Assembly (NCBI GenBank): GCA_043228905.1 | Contig: JBHGNT010000005.1 | Coordinates: 4,092,001 to 4,156,000 of the forward strand | Length of the DNA stretch: 64,000 nt | From: Azolla caroliniana | Lineage: Eukaryota; Plantae; Polypodiophyta | Reading direction: 5' to 3' | Shown here: positions 52,132-64,000 of the stretch, piece after piece | Numbering within the stretch: the stretch's first letter is position 1 | Layout of the letters: the number at the start of each line of letters is the position of its first letter | Notes under the pieces: generated by a model | What the model saw: the letters and a program-made list of their open reading frames with translations, nothing else | Told to the model about the DNA's origin: nothing | Database searches by the model: none | Position numbers and translations under genes: made by a program

Positions 52132-53314
52132 GGATGCAAGGTATGGAAAAATGATTTAGACGATGGGATGCAACATAGTTGGTTCATGATGTATCAATAG
52201 ATTCCTCTATGAACAGGGCCTTTTTGCAATGCCAATGTACCATGACATGGGGAGAAATGTGGAGGTTTACATTCATACATTATACTACACATGTACCTAA
52301 ATACAAAACCATATCCTTCACTGAACAGGGAAACTGCACATATCGGTACATGTTAGAGTGCATCTCATTGTCCCCAATCTAAACCATTGCTTCAATACAA
52401 CTTAGATCACACTCACTTGGATGTGAGATGGACTTCACGGTACATATGATGAGACTAGTCGATTATGTAGATCTTTCCCTAAACAAGTACAGAGTTTGGT
52501 ATCACACTTTGATACAATGTTTTATGGCTTCAATCATCATCGGCTATGGTTTCCACATATCTTCAGCTCTTGCACAAATTTCAAGTGCAACATTCATCAG
52601 TAATGTTCTTGAACATTGAGATTTGCTACTCAATTTCACATGTCTTACTTGGAGAAAAGTGATATTTTTGGTCTCATACATCATATTTCACCTCTAAAGA
52701 CAATAATAAAATTTACGAAAAGTACTCCGACATTGACCACCCCTTGTTTAGATGGGAAAACCCTCATATTTTAATGGAACAACTGACTTTTTATGTGCTT
52801 CTTTTCAATTCAATAGGTCATGTTACCGGCTGAAGACATATAAAAGAGGAGACTTACTGTTGAAATGCTTTTCTGGGAGTCATATTACTAGAATCCTGAA
52901 AAGTATGATATAGTATCATCTCCCTCTATGTACCCTAGATGAAGTTGGAGGAGAGAGATCCTCCAACCATGGTCTCTTAATACTTCTATCATGTATCAAG
53001 ATGGTGGTTTAGATGTCATAGGTCATTTTGGCCTCTTGCAGAGGCTAATGTCACATCCCATTTGATTTCTTGATGTAAAACACGACCTCTTTCACCTTGT
53101 CTCTATAAAACAGTTGCCAAGATGGTAAGGAAGAAACATTTTATTGCATTTCTCTATCTATGTAGAGTACCCAGTCTACTCCTCTTAATAAAACAGTGTT
53201 CTCTCCTATCAAGCCATCTCATCAATCTCATTACATTAATGTCATGTCCTCATTCCGTTCATTTTGTCTCATGTCATGAGTTCATCTCTCTCGCATTTAT
53301 ATGCATCATCTCTC

Positions 53315-53350
<36 letters not shown>

Positions 53351-53776
53351 CCATATATGTTTGTAAAAAAAATGTATCCAAGATGGCGAGGTAGAATTAC
53401 CCTTCTTTACTTCTTTCTCTTCCTCTGACGATGACAGAGGCGGCGTCGACCGAAGGTGGCTCTGCCACTCTTTGTTCCAGATGTAGTCGGCACGAGACGT
53501 GATCGGATCAACCCCACGTTCTTTCCAGGCGAACTGCCTTACCTTGAAATCCAAGGGGGGGCCTCCATACTCTCCTGGGCCATCGCCTTTGGACCATTGC
53601 CATCTCTCTCTCCTTTGTTGCTTCTTCACAGAAGAAGATTGTTGGTTTTGTAGTAGTATTTGCTGCTGCTGCTGATCCGTTTGCTCTGCTCTGCAGCACA
53701 GGATAGCTCCTGGTTTGGTGGCGATGGATATGGTGGCGGAGGAGAAAGAGGAGTAGCAGCAAGACATGGCTGCCAT
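45814..53776 (-). CDS. CGL160: CGL160-like thylakoid protein (ATP synthase protein I-related CF0 assembly factor), about 367 aa
   Basis: Nine in-phase exons: 53401-53776, 51967-52030, 51780-51876, 51563-51652, 51314-51394, 51132-51223, 50948-51043, 50129-50197, 45814-45952. S/A-rich transit peptide-like start, then PGEYGGPP, DPITS..YIWN, GFLSFNRSMALD, WRMAPTRREQ, GQPRLLVPVILVMFFNRWN and LIPMLVGFFTYK, all matching recalled Arabidopsis CGL160. Confidence 0.93.
47000..48070 (-). mobile_element. Highly degenerate retroelement (probably LINE ORF2) fragment in CGL160 intron 8
   Basis: Interrupted, protein-like minus-strand reading frames (ORFs 47161-47397 and 47339-47569). The family assignment is weak. 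Confidence 0.35.
48171..48248. repeat. Three ~24-bp tandem units with a near-palindromic core TGTGTTCACACA
   Basis: CCTAAGTGTGTTCACACATTACTGT, CCTAAATGTGTTCACACACATCACTAT, CCTAAGTGTGTTCACACACATCACTAC. Confidence 0.8.
48411..48455 (+). pseudogene. trnfM: Truncated plastid-type tRNA-fMet(CAU) fragment (NUPT)
   Basis: CACGGGGTAGAGCAGCTTGGTAGCTCGCAAGGCTCATAACCTTGA matches the 5' part of chloroplast trnfM (CGCGGGGTAGAGCAGTTTGGTAGCTCGCAAGGCTCATAACCTTGAGG...). The T arm and 3' acceptor strand are absent. Confidence 0.85.
52047..52128. repeat. (CT)n microsatellite in CGL160 intron 1
   Basis: About 41 CT units. Confidence 0.9.
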
Positions 53777-56700
53777 TCAGCCACACCTGCACACAACCTC
53801 GGACCAAATCAGATCAGATCAGATCAGACAGACCACAGGAGATAGATATTATGCAGACAAAATTCATCGTTTTGTTATATATACATATACATATATGTAC
53901 ATATGTGTGTGTCTGCTAAAAGAAGGAGCTTGGGCCAATGATTGATGATTCATTGGTTCCTCTTCTTCTTCTTCTTGGATGGGAGGCCAAAGGAACCTGG
54001 GGCTACTATTCTATTCTTATGACTCGATTTTCTCCCGATACGAAACCAAAAGCGGGCGTGTGTGAAACCATCAGATTTCCCAAACTCTCGGAGCCCTCAC
54101 TTTCCCTTTCAATCCCACTCCTCACCCATGGACTCCTTCCAATCCCGCCTGCTCGACCATTTTCAAACCTGTATTGATCCCTTCTGTCATTTTATAATAT
54201 TTCACGTATTCGAAGTATTTTGCGTATTTAACAAGCATTTAACATTTCCAAAAAGTTTAAAAATAATAAATCGATTTTTTTTCTTTAACTTTAGATTTTA
54301 AGAAATATTTAACATATTCTACTTATTTTATCTATATAGAATACGTATTCTAAGTATTTCTAAAGTATTGTATGCTAAGTATTCTACAACTATGGGTCAA
54401 GTACTCTATGGGATATAAGTCAAAATGCCTATAGAAGAATCCACATGCATCAATCCATCCAATCACAATATTCATAGGGTTGTACCTCTATCTTTTGAGT
54501 TCTCGTTGGTTTGTTGAGAATTTGTAGGGTTTTTGACACTTGAAGTGCATATGCTAAGTTCAATCGAGTGCTTTGATAAAATATAATACACTCAAGCAAT
54601 AACACAATACCTAAGTGCATTTATGTTTGTAACCTTGCCTTGGATATATATTATCCTTATTTTGGACTTTTATCAATAAATTGCTTAGCAATCTTTAACT
54701 ATGTAGCCTAAGTTTCTTAGAGAATGTTTGTGTACATTGCCATGGGCTATGAAATGTTGGAATACATACACACACACCTTAATAGTTGTGACATTACCTT
54801 CTATTAAGCTTACATTTGTTGTCTCGCGAGCAATATGTTTGACCTTATACCTACAATTTTTAACTAGGGTGAAATATCTATGAAAAAAAACTTCAACTAT
54901 ACGTACTAGGGAAAGTCAAGTGTGTCTTTGTATAATTACGATGAAAGTTTGACCAATTACAATTCATACGCATTGGCAAATTTAACACCTTGTTTTGTAA
55001 GTGCCATATGTGACCTGGTCAAATATTCACTCAATGCTTATAGGTTTTTCAATTAACTGTAGGAAATCAATTGATAGTGATTATTTGTCAATTTGTGGAT
55101 GTTCATGTATGATTGGGCATGGTGTAAATAAGGGTGGTGCAAAGTTTAATGACTACCCCAACTTGTTTGTTGTCAGTTTTGGTTCTCATTGTCGTATTAA
55201 GTTGCAATTCAAGATCTCCTTTCAACTATGTAGACATTGTTGTTGAACTTTATGTTCATCTCTATATGTTACACCATTACAAGGAGAAAACCATGCATCA
55301 ATTTCAATTATCCACAAATCATACCTAGTCTAAGTCGCCATTGGCACCACCCATTATACTTTTGTCTTGTTGGAAGTCTATTGGCTTATTGTGAGCATAC
55401 ACATGATAGAATATTGGCCCATCCACAATTTAATTGTGAGAGAAAGTGTTGCCCATGGTTTCAATATACAAATAGTTCAAACAATACAAAAATCATTGTC
55501 GACAATTTTGTTCCAAGATTATTCTCTGCGCTATATCCAATGTAACGGTTTCCGTCGTGACCGTTTATACATGTTTGAGTATCCACATAAAAGATGTTCT
55601 CTATTTAAGTTGCAAAGTGGATAATTTTTAATAATATTTGCTTTGTGACACTTCATTCAGCTGTTGTAGTTGGTGATCCATATTAGGTTTCCATGTGAAT
55701 TTCTATCCTACTTGTAGGACTATGAGTGGACTAATGACCTATGTTTCCTTCGCATGTGTGGAGGTCTTTTTTTCCATTGGATGCATGTTTGCTTTTTTTC
55801 CCATTGGATACATGTTGCAAAATATCCGTAGTATTTATACTAGGTTGTAGGAGCCATTTAAAGTTATCAATTATTTTATTCAAAGCCAATAGTGCTAAAA
55901 CATAAATAGTGACTATTTTTACACCATACATCACTATACAAAAATAGGTTGTTTAGTAATGATCCTCGACGCATTAAAGTGTAGATGCTAATGTAGAATT
56001 ACTACCAAATGAGAAAACCTATTTGGAGCCTGTCAAGATGGATTTTGCATAACATCTTTCGTCCATTATCGTCTACAGAATCTATATTGTCCATTATAGT
56101 CTAGTAGTACCACAATGTGATTACGACGTGAATTTACATGCAATGCTAATATTCATCACAGTGTAATAAAGTATGTTCGAAAATTTTGAATTGCTGAGTT
56201 AAACGATCAATGTCAATATCATGTGTGAATGATTCATCTTCATCCCACCATAGAATCATTTGATTTATGGATATTTGAAATTATGCAATTGTCAGTAAGA
56301 GTTTTTCTTTCTAAACATTTACCGAGGGTTTATAAATTCAATATATACATTCTATATTGTTCTATATTGTGCCTAAAATCAATGTATGATGCAAACGCAA
56401 CACTCTCTTTTGTCCCTGATGATTTTGTTTTGTTGTAAATAAACACAAATTATGACCAACTAAGGAGGATCTTCTCTCATGATGCATGAATAAGATTCAA
56501 CCCATTGTTCTTTGTTGAGTGAGAGATAGGAATATATGTTGTTATTGTTCTCAAACATCAAACATGACCAATGGGACTAAAGTGTAGCAACCCTCTCGCA
56601 AACTTTTAGTGGGTGTGTGAATTTTGTTATCACGCTTAGTGCATGTACTCCTTTAAAGCTTACCATAACTTATTATCCACTTGCTTCCTGAATACGTGAT

Positions 56701-56789
56701 TTACATGAAATTGTATTCAAGTTAGGTGACAAATATACATAGTCGAGCCACTCTTATAGAAAGCACAATTTAGTCTTAGTCAAAATTTA

Positions 56790-57022
56790 AACAACTCCCT
56801 TTCTCATAGTAAGATTTGGACTTTTCAAGAGATATTTGACTTGCGTAGGTTTTCAAATTCCACTGGTTGTGTCGTGCCTTGTAGCTTAAATCGAAATACA
56901 ATCAACTCCCTTTCTCAAAATGCAATTTGGACTTTTCAACAGATATTTGACATGCCTCGTCCCAAGTTTTCAAAAATTCCATTGGTTGTACCTTGCCTTG
57001 TAGCTTAAATGGAAATAGAATC
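56790..57022. repeat. ~113-bp diverged tandem duplication
   Basis: CAACTCCCTTTCTCA...ATTTGGACTTTTCAA.AGATATTTGAC...GTAGCTTAAAT occurs twice. Confidence 0.75.
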
Positions 57023-60000
57023 GTGTATGTGTGTGTGCAAGTTGTATTGCCTTATTTTAGGCAATACGATTTTATAAGGTCAATGCATTATCATTTTCCT
57101 TCGTTATTCAAAGTGTAGTTGCACATGTATGACAAACATACTGGACTAACACTAATTAATCTTGAAAGATGCATTTCAAGTAATTGTATTTGCTGTTGTG
57201 CACGGACAAAAACTAATATCTCTAAAAAATAAAGATAATATAACTACATATTACACATGCACCTTCACATATAGGGATGATATCGTACTGAATATAGTGA
57301 ATCACTTGGCCCTCTTGCTCATTGAAAGAATATAAAATTAGAACACTCGTAAGCAATAGTCTTGTTGACATCACATTCATTATAATGTAACCGGCAAAAA
57401 AACCATGTGCAACTATGACATGTAACTTCCTTTCCAAATAGTGGTCTAACAAACAATCTATGCCAAATTATAATAACATTATTTCATATGCTACAATGCT
57501 TGTTAGGTGTATCCATCTCTCTTCATTCATGAAGCTGGAATTTTTTATATTGCATATGTTATTTCATTATTGGGTCCCTTCATTTACATCTCCTTCGTGT
57601 CCATGTTTGGAGCTCTTGTGATGATCCTATATGACGAATTTGTTTGTGGTTTGGAACTACAGCTGTAAAGAAAGGAATAATGTCATCGTTGTTATTACAA
57701 GGCCCTATATTAGGTAATTATGTGATCGTGTGAGCTCGTATTCAAATTTTATACTGTTTAATTTTTCCGTAGAACGTGTATGTACTTCATTGACATCTTT
57801 ACTTCCTCATTTAAAATATATTTCTCTGTTTTTCTTTTACAGAAAAGTAGCCAAAACTTCACGATGAAATGTTTGTCTATATAAACATGGGGACACAAAA
57901 ATGACTCAAAAGATAGATTCTTTCAAATAGAAACATTTACCAAAGATATCGAGAAGTCTTAGGTGGGATGTGAGGATAGTTTTGGTTCTTAGTTTAACAG
58001 TTTATTTGTTTTTTACATCGAGGAGTATTGCTTATCACTTTGTAGTTAGATATAAATTATCGTGTAGGGTTTATAGATAACATACATTACTTCAAATGGC
58101 TTGCTGAGCAGATGACACAAATTTGGGTGTTTGTCTAGTAATAATTTATATTACTGACTCGAAACCTCTGTTTAAAGGTCCCACGAGAAACTATTGGTGT
58201 ACAAATTATCTTGTCTAGGGAACTGTCTCGAAGGACCATCGTACAAATACCAAAGAAGTGACTAAAAGGAGATGAATCATAGAGGATTTATTCATTGAAC
58301 AGTGCACGTTTGTCGAATATCCAAATGGTCCATACTGCATCATTTCTAGATTTGCACCTACTCGAGACCAATTCTTCACTCATTTCTTGAGACACATAAA
58401 ATCAAAACAGATTCTAGGGAAAATCCTCTATCTTCTATTGTATTGCTTGATGACGTGAGTTAGGTCACACCAATAAGCCACAATTATTTTTTAGTAACAC
58501 TTTTATTACTAGTGGGAAACCTCGAAGTGAGGTGAAAACCCACAAAGAATAAAGAGAAATATACAATAAGCCACAATTATTGTTGATGTTTTCAATTTCT
58601 TGGCCTTCTTTGGCAAAATGTGCAATATAAGTTGGGGACAATTTATATTACTATGCACAATTTGAATCTTCAAGAGGCTAAAAATGACATTGACATGTTA
58701 CTTATCACCCAAAACACGAATTCATATGTTTGATAACACCTCAAAATACAATGATGCATTCTCTAGGGGGGTTGCCATAAAGGTCGACTCAATTATAAGT
58801 ACACAATTGGAAACTTTATATCAATGGGTGAGCTAATTGTCACACAAAAGCTACATATGCATGCGTTATTTGTCATATAATCCAAAAAAGCAAAGTGGTC
58901 ATGCACAAGACTAGACATCAACACACTTAGCAACAACACGTGGACCGTGGTACATGCCTTTATACTATTCATGTAATATCTTCTTATGACTTTAGTGTGT
59001 GAAATAGTTGCGTGGGAGCTCATTCATTCCAATATTCCTTCCACACTAGGATTGCATTGTTGTAAGTTGTAAGCTTCCCCAATTGATCTAGTAAATCTAG
59101 ATTAAAGATGAAAGAGCTTTTGTTTAGCATCTAGTTACCCTTCTTTGTGCATGAACGTACATGCACCAATGTAATAATACTTTTCCCACATAAATCCTTT
59201 TGATTTTTTAATGACAATTTTAATTTAGTAACGAGTGTTTTGTTCAATTAAAATTTAAGGATATGTATTAAAGGGACTAGGCGATATACCAATATAGTAT
59301 CTTTAATTGAAGATTGGTCACCATATCACACACTGTGTTTTTCATGACTTTCTAGATTAATACGGATGCATGCTTGATTTGAAAGTTAGATTAACTTGTT
59401 CATAACGCGCTCAACTTCAAAACGAGTAAGTCTTGATACCATCCTTTCAAGCATTTGATTACACAAGGATCATCACCCATGCATGTAATTGACTAACATA
59501 ACGATGCATTGCCTATATGGTTTATTATATTGTGGCATTTGGGTGGCAGGCATAAATGTTCTCTTACGAAACTTCCCTTAGCTTTATGGGATGGTGACTC
59601 AAATTAAACCTATCATCACAATCATGGTCCATTCACCACATTTAAAAGGTTCATAGAGTTTTTCAAAAGACATGGGCAACTTCGAAAACATGTGACTATT
59701 AACAAAGATATTTTTTGTCACTCGTGAAAATTTTCAAGCTTCAAAAGCAATCAAGAAATCACTTATTATATGTAATTTTCCCATAAGTTCAAATCGCACA
59801 ATATATAATAATGCCTCATGGGGGAATGCGTGAAGAGGTAGATTGATTATCGAAGAACCTTGTTAACTAAACACATTAAAAAACTAAGAAAATTTGTACA
59901 ACACAGTTATGAGTTTTCAATTTATCCTTTGTGTTTTTCGATATGAAATTTAAAGAGAATATTAATATGTGAAAGCTAAAAAAATATTGCGTAATACGTG

Positions 60001-60544
60001 ATGCACTAAGGATATAGATCATGTACAAATAACTAATACCAACTTGCTGCCAAACAAGAATTGAGCAATCTATCGACAAATATTAATGGTCACGACAAAT
60101 TGAGAGGTTAATACTAGCATATGTATAAATAAATTGCAGGCATTGTGCGGTAACCATAAGCTAATAGTTGTTTACTACGTTTTATAATAATTTATTAATT
60201 TATTAGAGCATATCCTTCCATTAGTTATAAAAAACATGTAAGCTACAAAATACAAAATAGATGGAAAGCAAGTGACTATCTTTACCAAGCCCGTTTTGTG
60301 TAAGACAATGGCTAGCCATGAATCCTTCGTTTGATAGATTGTTCCCGACACCGACACATAGCTTAAAGGCTTGTAGCAACATCAGCACCATTCAGAAGGG
60401 CAGAGAAATACATTGTGTGATCGGAAAGGCAAACCCACTTATTGTTGTATTTGTGCACACATTAAAAATTGTTCAAGATTATTAATATTATTTTTTAGTA
60501 GATAGATATATCGAAGTGTTAAGGGATTGTATTTGTGCTACAAT

Positions 60545-60655
<111 letters not shown>

Positions 60656-62594
60656 CCTTAGAAGCAAGACATTGTAACTCGATCAAAGTTTTTTTCGCTC
60701 AAGCACCAATATCAAGCTCTCACGATGCAATCAATACGTGTACATAGGAAATGTTTTTCATCGATGTGAGGCATATGAACAAAATGTCGTTTAAGGAGAG
60801 GATATGGGGAATTGCATGTGCAATCATGATATGCATGTTGATGGTTTGCATGCTATGATTAAAGGCAAAGCTATACACAATATTAGTATGATAGTATCCT
60901 TCGTATTTGGGTAATATTGCTCTCTTGCCTTTTGTGTTTCTAAAACAATCACCTTATGGCCCATTTTAAAAAAGGGATACATCTCATTGCATGAAAATAA
61001 TGATATCAACTAATTAACATTGTGATTAGTGCTAATTACAACAATTAAGGAAATCAATCACTTCATGATAGCCATTAACATTATAACCCAATCCAATGCC
61101 AATACACATATAATTGCTCCAACACAACACAAACCCCTTAGTGTGAACCACATCATAGCCCTTAATTTTACTAATGTATGTAAATCGAGTATAGTGCAAA
61201 TATAATTGCCTCTAAGCCACACTTTTTTTAAAACGAAAGTTCTCTATTATATCTCTCTTGATTAAGTGATTGTTGTATGTGGACAGTGGAACTGTAATGT
61301 TGGAGAATATATATATATATAAAGCATTTCCGTGCATGTGGGGTGGGTGTCTCTGCTTTTTCCTGACTAGGGGTAGTACGTGACACTTTTAGAGAAAATA
61401 TAAAGTAGGAGGCCGATATTTACCGTGATACGAACTTATTCCCAAACAGGATCAAACCCAACCAAGCAAGCCCAATCAATAACAAAGTGCTTTCCCCTCT
61501 AGGCACCTGGGCATGCCACCACTCGCAAATTCAAATATTGTTTCTTACTCTTTAGGTAGGTCACAGAGATACAAAGCATTCACTTATGTATGTAGCAGCT
61601 TTGTGTTTAAGTCGGTCGAGCGGGGGTCTAGTGTCGATCCAAAGCATGTCGATCCATGCAGGAGTGGATACAGGGGAGGTTATATTACTTAAGCGGGCGC
61701 ACGAATGTGTGAAATCGACCCCCGTACACGACACATAGAAGTAAGGCGGCGGCAGGGGGGGGGGGTTACATGATGGAATGGGACGGGAAAAGTGTGAAAT
61801 GGGACACAACACACGACATGATAGGAGTGGGAAGAAGAAGAAGAAGAAGGAAAAGGAGGAGGGGCTAAATCCAGAAAGAATGGAGAAAAACAAGCTCATT
61901 CCCTTAAACCTTCCCCCAAAATATTATTAGTTTTGATTACATGTAGATAAGAAGAAAGAAAGATAGATTAACGTGTTTTCTAAGACCAAAATTGGTCGCC
62001 CATGGGACAATTGGTTTATAACAAAAATGGGGTACATATTTACCCATTCAATGGAAAGTAAACATAAAAAATAAAAAAAAACAAAACAAAACAAAACAAA
62101 ATAAAATAAGAGAAAAGGAGACCGAGGAAGAGGCGCCAGGCTGGCAAAACAAAATAAAAAAAATAAAAAGGAGAGAAGAAGAAGAAGAAGAATATACATA
62201 CACACATACGTATGTGTATTGTGAATGATGTATATGTGTATTGTATACGTGTATTGTGTATGTATGTGTATTGTGTTTTTTGTTTTTGTTTTCCAGAATG
62301 TATTGTGTACATATTGTATACGTGTATGTATTGTGTATTGTGTTTCCAAATGTATTTGTGTGTATTGTGTATCTGTACGTGTGCATTTGTTATGTCACAT
62401 GTGTATGCATAGTACGTAATATACTCGAATGCATTGGAAAACATTCGGTTTTTTTTCATACGAATGCAAATAAATGCGTATGTTATCAAAACATTCTTAT
62501 GTTTTATTTATTTATTTAAAACCTTAAATTTCTTACCTTAAAAAGAAAAAAACTTTATAATAAATAATGAATAAAAAATGTATGGTATTTACTA

Positions 62595-62885
62595 TACTTC
62601 TTCGAGGGTGTGTTTACCATTACTCGAATGATTGAAACATTGTAGAATACGCATGCACGTATGGATCAATACAATGTACAGTGTAAATATGTATATGTAT
62701 TTCGAGGGTGTTTACCATACTCGAATGATTGAAACATTCTCTAATATACGCATGAACGTATGGTTCATACTATGTACAATGTAAAATAATGTTAATGTAT
62801 ATGTGGTTACCATACGCGAATGATTGAAACATTCTCTAATACGCATGCGCGTATGGTTCATATTATGCACAGTGTGTATGTATGT
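62595..62885. repeat. Three ~100-bp tandem units upstream of the right-edge gene
   Basis: TTACCATACTCGAATGATTGAAACATT...ATACGCATG.ACGTATGG starts near 62613, 62711 and 62807; a related motif lies near 62420. Confidence 0.8.
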
Positions 62886-63086
62886 ATATGTGTTCGTATA
62901 TGGTGTGTATTAAGGGCGTGTTCACACGCAGATAGACACGCTCACTCTCTCACTCGGTCGCCTTCTTCTTCTTTCTTCTTTCTTCTTTCTTCTTTCTTCT
63001 TCTTCTCTGTGTCATCTCTGTTTGTCTGTCTGTCTGTCTGTCTCTCTTTTATCCATCGCTTCCTATCCACGCGCTAATTCGAACAG

Positions 63087-63119
<33 letters not shown>

Positions 63120-63294
63120 ACGCGGCATTCCTCGCTAATACCCATCTCTCTCTCTAACACCTCTTTTAACCCTCAGATCTCATTGCTCCTTCTCCTCCAC
63201 AATCTCTCTCTGCCTGTGTCTGCTGAGCTGCCATCGCTCTCAATAATTGAAAGCTTTTGCAATTCATTGAGTGACAGCGATCCCGCATCTACAC

Positions 63295-63333
<39 letters not shown>

Positions 63334-63656
63334 CGGCGATCGAAACCCTGATTAAACCCTCTGTTATTTCACTCTAATCCATCCAAATCTCCCTTCAAAT
63401 CCCTAAACAGAACCCCCCACGACCTAAAAAAAAAAGGTTTCCTGATTTAATGAGCATTTAACCATCGTTTCTCCAGAAAAGAAACTCTTGTAAGAGAGAG
63501 AGAGAGACAGAGGGAGAGAGAGTTGCCCCATTCGAAAGACATCGTCAGTTTTTGTTTTTTGTTTTTGGTTTTTTTGGACCTTCCTCTTCTTCGTGTCTTG
63601 TTCTTTTAATCAGAGAGAACCTGCATACCAATCCCAGAATTACCACCATAAAACTC

Positions 63657-64000
63657 ATGTTCTCGATCTGCTTCTCATTGCTGTTTCTCCTCGCTCTCAC
63701 CCACTCCCTGACTTCCCCTGTTCCAGCTGCAGGCAGGGTTTCTTCATTGTTCTTGGACAGGAGGAATAGCTATGGCGATGAACCAAAAGACGAAGCCCTC
63801 ACCGCCGAAATGGCAGCAGGCAATTCCCACACTCCTATTCATGACAGCGATTTCCGCTCAAGTCATTCCCTCCTTTTCAAAGAAGCGCCCGCCTTCCGGA
63901 ACGGTGCAGAATGCTCCATGAAACCATCAGAGATGGAGAGAGCTAGCAGGCTAGGGTTCAGCAGTGGTGGTGATGATGATGATGGTGGGGCGATGGCTAT
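63657..64000 (+). CDS. N-terminal part of a putative secreted (signal peptide) protein or peptide precursor, truncated by the window edge
   Basis: Open frame from ATG 63657: MFSICFSLLFLLALTHSLTSPVPAAGRVSSLFLDRRNSYGDEPKDEALTAEMAAGNSHTPIHDSDFRSSHSLLFKEAPAFRNGAECSMKPSEMERASRLGFSSGGDDDDGGAMA. It is GC-elevated and follows a CT-rich leader-like region (62940-63650). Confidence 0.6.
   Translation, partial: MFSICFSLLFLLALTHSLTSPVPAAGRVSSLFLDRRNSYGDEPKDEALTAEMAAGNSHTPIHDSDFRSSHSLLFKEAPAFRNGAECSMKPSEMERASRLGFSSGGDDDDGGAMA

Noticed and set aside
55932-55962. CACTA-like terminus (CACTATACAAAAATAGG)
   Set aside because: No matching inverted terminus, 3-bp TSD or transposase found.
61927-62519. Several C/V/Y- and H/T/I-rich ORFs
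   Set aside because: Translations of degenerate TGTA/TGTG simple repeats.
63772-63921. 49-aa ORF MAMNQKTKP... as a uORF or alternative CDS
   Set aside because: It is out of frame inside the longer signal-peptide ORF starting at 63657 and has no independent support.

Overview
AT-rich, microsatellite-rich land-plant nuclear DNA. Introns, (CT)n/(GA)n tracts and repeat style suggest a fern, but that is inference only. It holds four spliced minus-strand genes: an AGO1-clade Argonaute (ATG 5303, 3' end beyond the left edge) with a miR168-like target site, a 2-exon AP2/ERF factor (19275-21269), an 8-exon sphingoid long-chain base kinase LCBK1-like gene (24761-31389) and a 9-exon CGL160-like chloroplast ATP synthase assembly gene (45814-53776). 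A plus-strand ORF with a signal peptide starts at 63657 and runs off the right edge; it is a candidate secreted peptide precursor and is missing from the ORF track. Intergenic and intronic DNA carries decayed LINEs, two copies of a tRNA-derived SINE, a plastid trnfM fragment (NUPT) and many short tandem duplications. The most unusual structure is a same-orientation LINE/SINE/LINE stack separated and bounded by (CT)n tracts (35385-37860). All exon boundaries were read by eye.
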